A DNA stretch of 44,340 bases from a virus (taxonomy: Duplodnaviria; Caudoviricetes): the IMG/VR virus record IMGVR_UViG_3300025723_000068, positions 1-44,340 of that record, one strand, 5' to 3'. How positions within the stretch are numbered: the first letter of the stretch is position 1; every line of letters begins with the position of its first letter. This document shows, one piece after another, positions 42,351-44,340 of this stretch. The notes below the pieces were generated by a model. It was given only the letters and a program-made list of their open reading frames with translations, was not told where the DNA came from and did no database searches. Both the position numbers and the translations under genes were made by a program.

Positions 42351-44153
42351 TTAACTTGTGGCTTTTAATGACCCAAAGAAGTTGGCATCTATAGCTGCTT
42401 GTTCTTCTTGAGTAGGTGGCGTTAAGCGAATTGGGTCGTACCCCGCTGACTCAGATGTTAGTTGCGTTTGTGCATATGCTATGTCCGAGCTAGCATTAAG
42501 TGATATAGAATTTTTTGAAGGGTAATCAAACGTTGCGGTTGGAATTTTAGGATTACCTAAAATTCTTGTAAAGGCAGCGTCCACTTTAGCACGATTTACT
42601 GTGTTGCTGTATCCTGCTGCCACTTGTGTGGAACTAACCAAACTATCCCCGCCACCGCCAAATAATCCTCCTATTGCAGCTAGACCAGGAAGACTAGTCA
42701 AGCTACCAAAATTGCCAAGACTGCCTAGACTACTGGTAAAATTGCTAGCAATGTCGCCAAAACTACTAGTTAGCCCACCCAGGCTATCTGTTAAACTACC
42801 AACTAAACTAGTAGCTAAACTACTAGCTTGTCCGGCAAGATCTGATCCTAATTGAGTCAGTTGGGTCACATCGGGAAGTCCGGAAGTTAAACTTGATAAA
42901 TCAAAATTACCAAGGTTATTAAGATTGGACAGCGGATTAGAAAAACTTGTAGCAAACTGGCTGGCTTTTCCAAGTACATCAAGATTTTGAATATTGCTAG
43001 TCAGACTTCCTATGCTAGGTAAATTTGATGTTAAACTTCCTATGCTAGGTAAATTTGATGTTAAACTTCCTATGCTAGGTAAATTTGATGTTAAACTACC
43101 GAGCCCGCCGCTGCTAGACCACAATGCTGTGGCCGAGGTACCAAAACACCCAGCATTTGTAATCAGTGCGCCAACATCTTGATTAACAGCACCAGATAAT
43201 GTGCTAGCCAACGAGCTGACATTAGTAAAACTTCCTGTAACAGAATTAAGTGCGCCCGAAGCCAATGAACCCGGATTAGTAATTGATGTGGACAACAAAC
43301 TAGATATAGGATTGTTGGTTAATGATAATCCAGAAATAGATGGAACGCTAAATGATATGCCTGTTGCTGCACTTACAGCCGATACTGTTTGTAGTCCACT
43401 CTGCGTGTACACTTGTCCTGTCAGGGCCGATATAGATGGTGTTGACGGCGGAGTAATTGTTCCAGTGGCAGTCAAACTATTGTAACCATTTGACATTAAT
43501 GTACTCATAGCATCATTTTGAGCCTGAGGGCTATTTAAAAAATCTGTTACCGAGCCGATGCCGTTCTTCCCTGTAAATATACTTGGAGCAGATAGCACAT
43601 CAGTTAACGGGCTAGGATCAAATATAAATTGTTGATATGTTCCAGGTTTAACATAGCCCGATTGTTCTAGTTGCTGGCAGTTCAATCCGTATTGTCCTAC
43701 CCCAGTTTTGTTGGTCATTACATCGGTTGGTTGATTGATATAATTTGCCACTTGTGCCAATAATCCCTGCACTTGACTAGAGTTAAGTGGTCCAATTGCC
43801 GGAGCAGTGTAGGTGTTATTAACTGATATTGCGGCTATGTTGGCTTGAGTAATTGGATTTTGTAGGGGGATATTGACCAAATTAGGAATACCGCTAATAG
43901 TCGGTAGTCCATTGACAATAGATATTATTACCCGATTGTCAACTCCGGCCGTACCACGATCTAATCGACTTAATGCAAATTTAACCGCGGTTGTTGTGGT
44001 TCCACTTATGCGTTGACCGGCTGTAAATCCAACTAAACTACCGGCGGCAACTTGTCGATAAAAAATAGTATTTGCTTGAGCCTGTGTAGTTCCTTCAGGA
44101 GCATTTACAGTAAATCGTTTACCCGATGGAAGAGTATATTTAAACTGGGCCAT
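42351..44153 (-). CDS. Baseplate-associated protein with a Ser/Gly/Leu low-complexity region and a possible degenerate lysozyme-like domain
   Basis: 600 aa between the gp5-like and gp25-like genes. Has a GVGQYG...LEQSGYVKPG...TGKNGIGSVTDFLNSPQAQNDAM segment and GSLTSNLPSI repeats. Confidence 0.55.
   Translation of the reverse strand: MAQFKYTLPSGKRFTVNAPEGTTQAQANTIFYRQVAAGSLVGFTAGQRISGTTTTAVKFALSRLDRGTAGVDNRVIISIVNGLPTISGIPNLVNIPLQNPITQANIAAISVNNTYTAPAIGPLNSSQVQGLLAQVANYINQPTDVMTNKTGVGQYGLNCQQLEQSGYVKPGTYQQFIFDPSPLTDVLSAPSIFTGKNGIGSVTDFLNSPQAQNDAMSTLMSNGYNSLTATGTITPPSTPSISALTGQVYTQSGLQTVSAVSAATGISFSVPSISGLSLTNNPISSLLSTSITNPGSLASGALNSVTGSFTNVSSLASTLSGAVNQDVGALITNAGCFGTSATALWSSSGGLGSLTSNLPSIGSLTSNLPSIGSLTSNLPSIGSLTSNIQNLDVLGKASQFATSFSNPLSNLNNLGNFDLSSLTSGLPDVTQLTQLGSDLAGQASSLATSLVGSLTDSLGGLTSSFGDIASNFTSSLGSLGNFGSLTSLPGLAAIGGLFGGGGDSLVSSTQVAAGYSNTVNRAKVDAAFTRILGNPKIPTATFDYPSKNSISLNASSDIAYAQTQLTSESAGYDPIRLTPPTQEEQAAIDANFFGSLKATS
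43005..43097. repeat. Perfect 30-bp tandem repeat, 3 copies, in frame (GSLTSNLPSI)
   Basis: acttcctatgctaggtaaatttgatgttaa repeated three times. Confidence 0.95.
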
Positions 44154-44155
44154 TA

Positions 44156-44340
44156 TTAATTTTCTGCGGTAATAGTTACCCCGGCTGGTACCTCTGGGGC
44201 ATCCGGGGGTACACTTGCCGTGCCATCATCCAATGTTGTTTCCTGGCCCACTCCTTGATTATGATATGGGTATGGTTCGTGCGTAGGTGCGCGAGTACAT
44301 ATACTTTCCGTACCCGTTGCTGATACTGTCCATACAGCGG
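44156..44340 (-). CDS. C-terminal end of a probable gp5/VgrG-like baseplate hub/spike protein (5' part outside window); not in ORF track
   Basis: Hand translation ...SICTRAPTHEPYPYHNQG...ITAEN*. The R-x-P-x-HEP-x-x-x-H motif and the position upstream of gp25 and gp6 support the call. Confidence 0.55.
   Translation of the reverse strand, partial: AVWTVSATGTESICTRAPTHEPYPYHNQGVGQETTLDDGTASVPPDAPEVPAGVTITAEN

Noticed and set aside
43005-43097. CRISPR array
   Set aside because: The 30-bp units are head-to-tail with no spacers and lie in frame within a CDS; no cas genes are present.
2047-43485. The many 60-160 aa ORFs in the track that are antisense to or nested within long genes (e.g. 6155..6541, 12049..12534, 23986..24330, 42601..42855)
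   Set aside because: These are shadow ORFs of well-supported genes, with no recognisable motifs.
1-44340. tRNA, rRNA, introns, inteins, integrase or transposase
   Set aside because: The non-coding gaps are few and short, with no cloverleaf seen, and no homing endonuclease, intein or recombinase motifs were recognised in the ORFs.

Overview
This window comes from a large tailed dsDNA phage (myovirus with a T4-like contractile-tail baseplate); TAA, TAG and TGA all act as stops. It has two parts. (1) Positions ~21,000-44,340 are a minus-strand virion module: the C-terminus of a gp5/VgrG-like hub protein, a low-complexity 600-aa protein, gp25-like and gp6-like baseplate wedge proteins, a 4,774-aa multidomain baseplate/tail protein and two tail-fibre-like proteins. 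Several of these genes are preceded by (A)TAAATA late-promoter-like motifs. (2) Positions 1-20,930 are a dense sugar/small-molecule tailoring cluster that continues past the left edge. It holds a DegT-type aminotransferase, about nine glycosyltransferase-like genes from four families, five radical SAM enzymes with an N-terminal Twitch/SPASM-like motif, an SGNH hydrolase, a NodU/TobZ-type carbamoyltransferase and small ORFs missing from the ORF track. Seventeen of these genes form a gap-free overlapping chain behind one sigma70-like leaderless promoter. A plus-strand four-gene block is fitted in with overlapping start codons (CATG) at one end and, once its last gene is reconstructed, overlapping stop codons (CTAG) at the other. 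That last gene is broken by a 28-bp fold-back (A-A'-A) insertion. All family assignments come from motif recognition by eye; no database searches were run.
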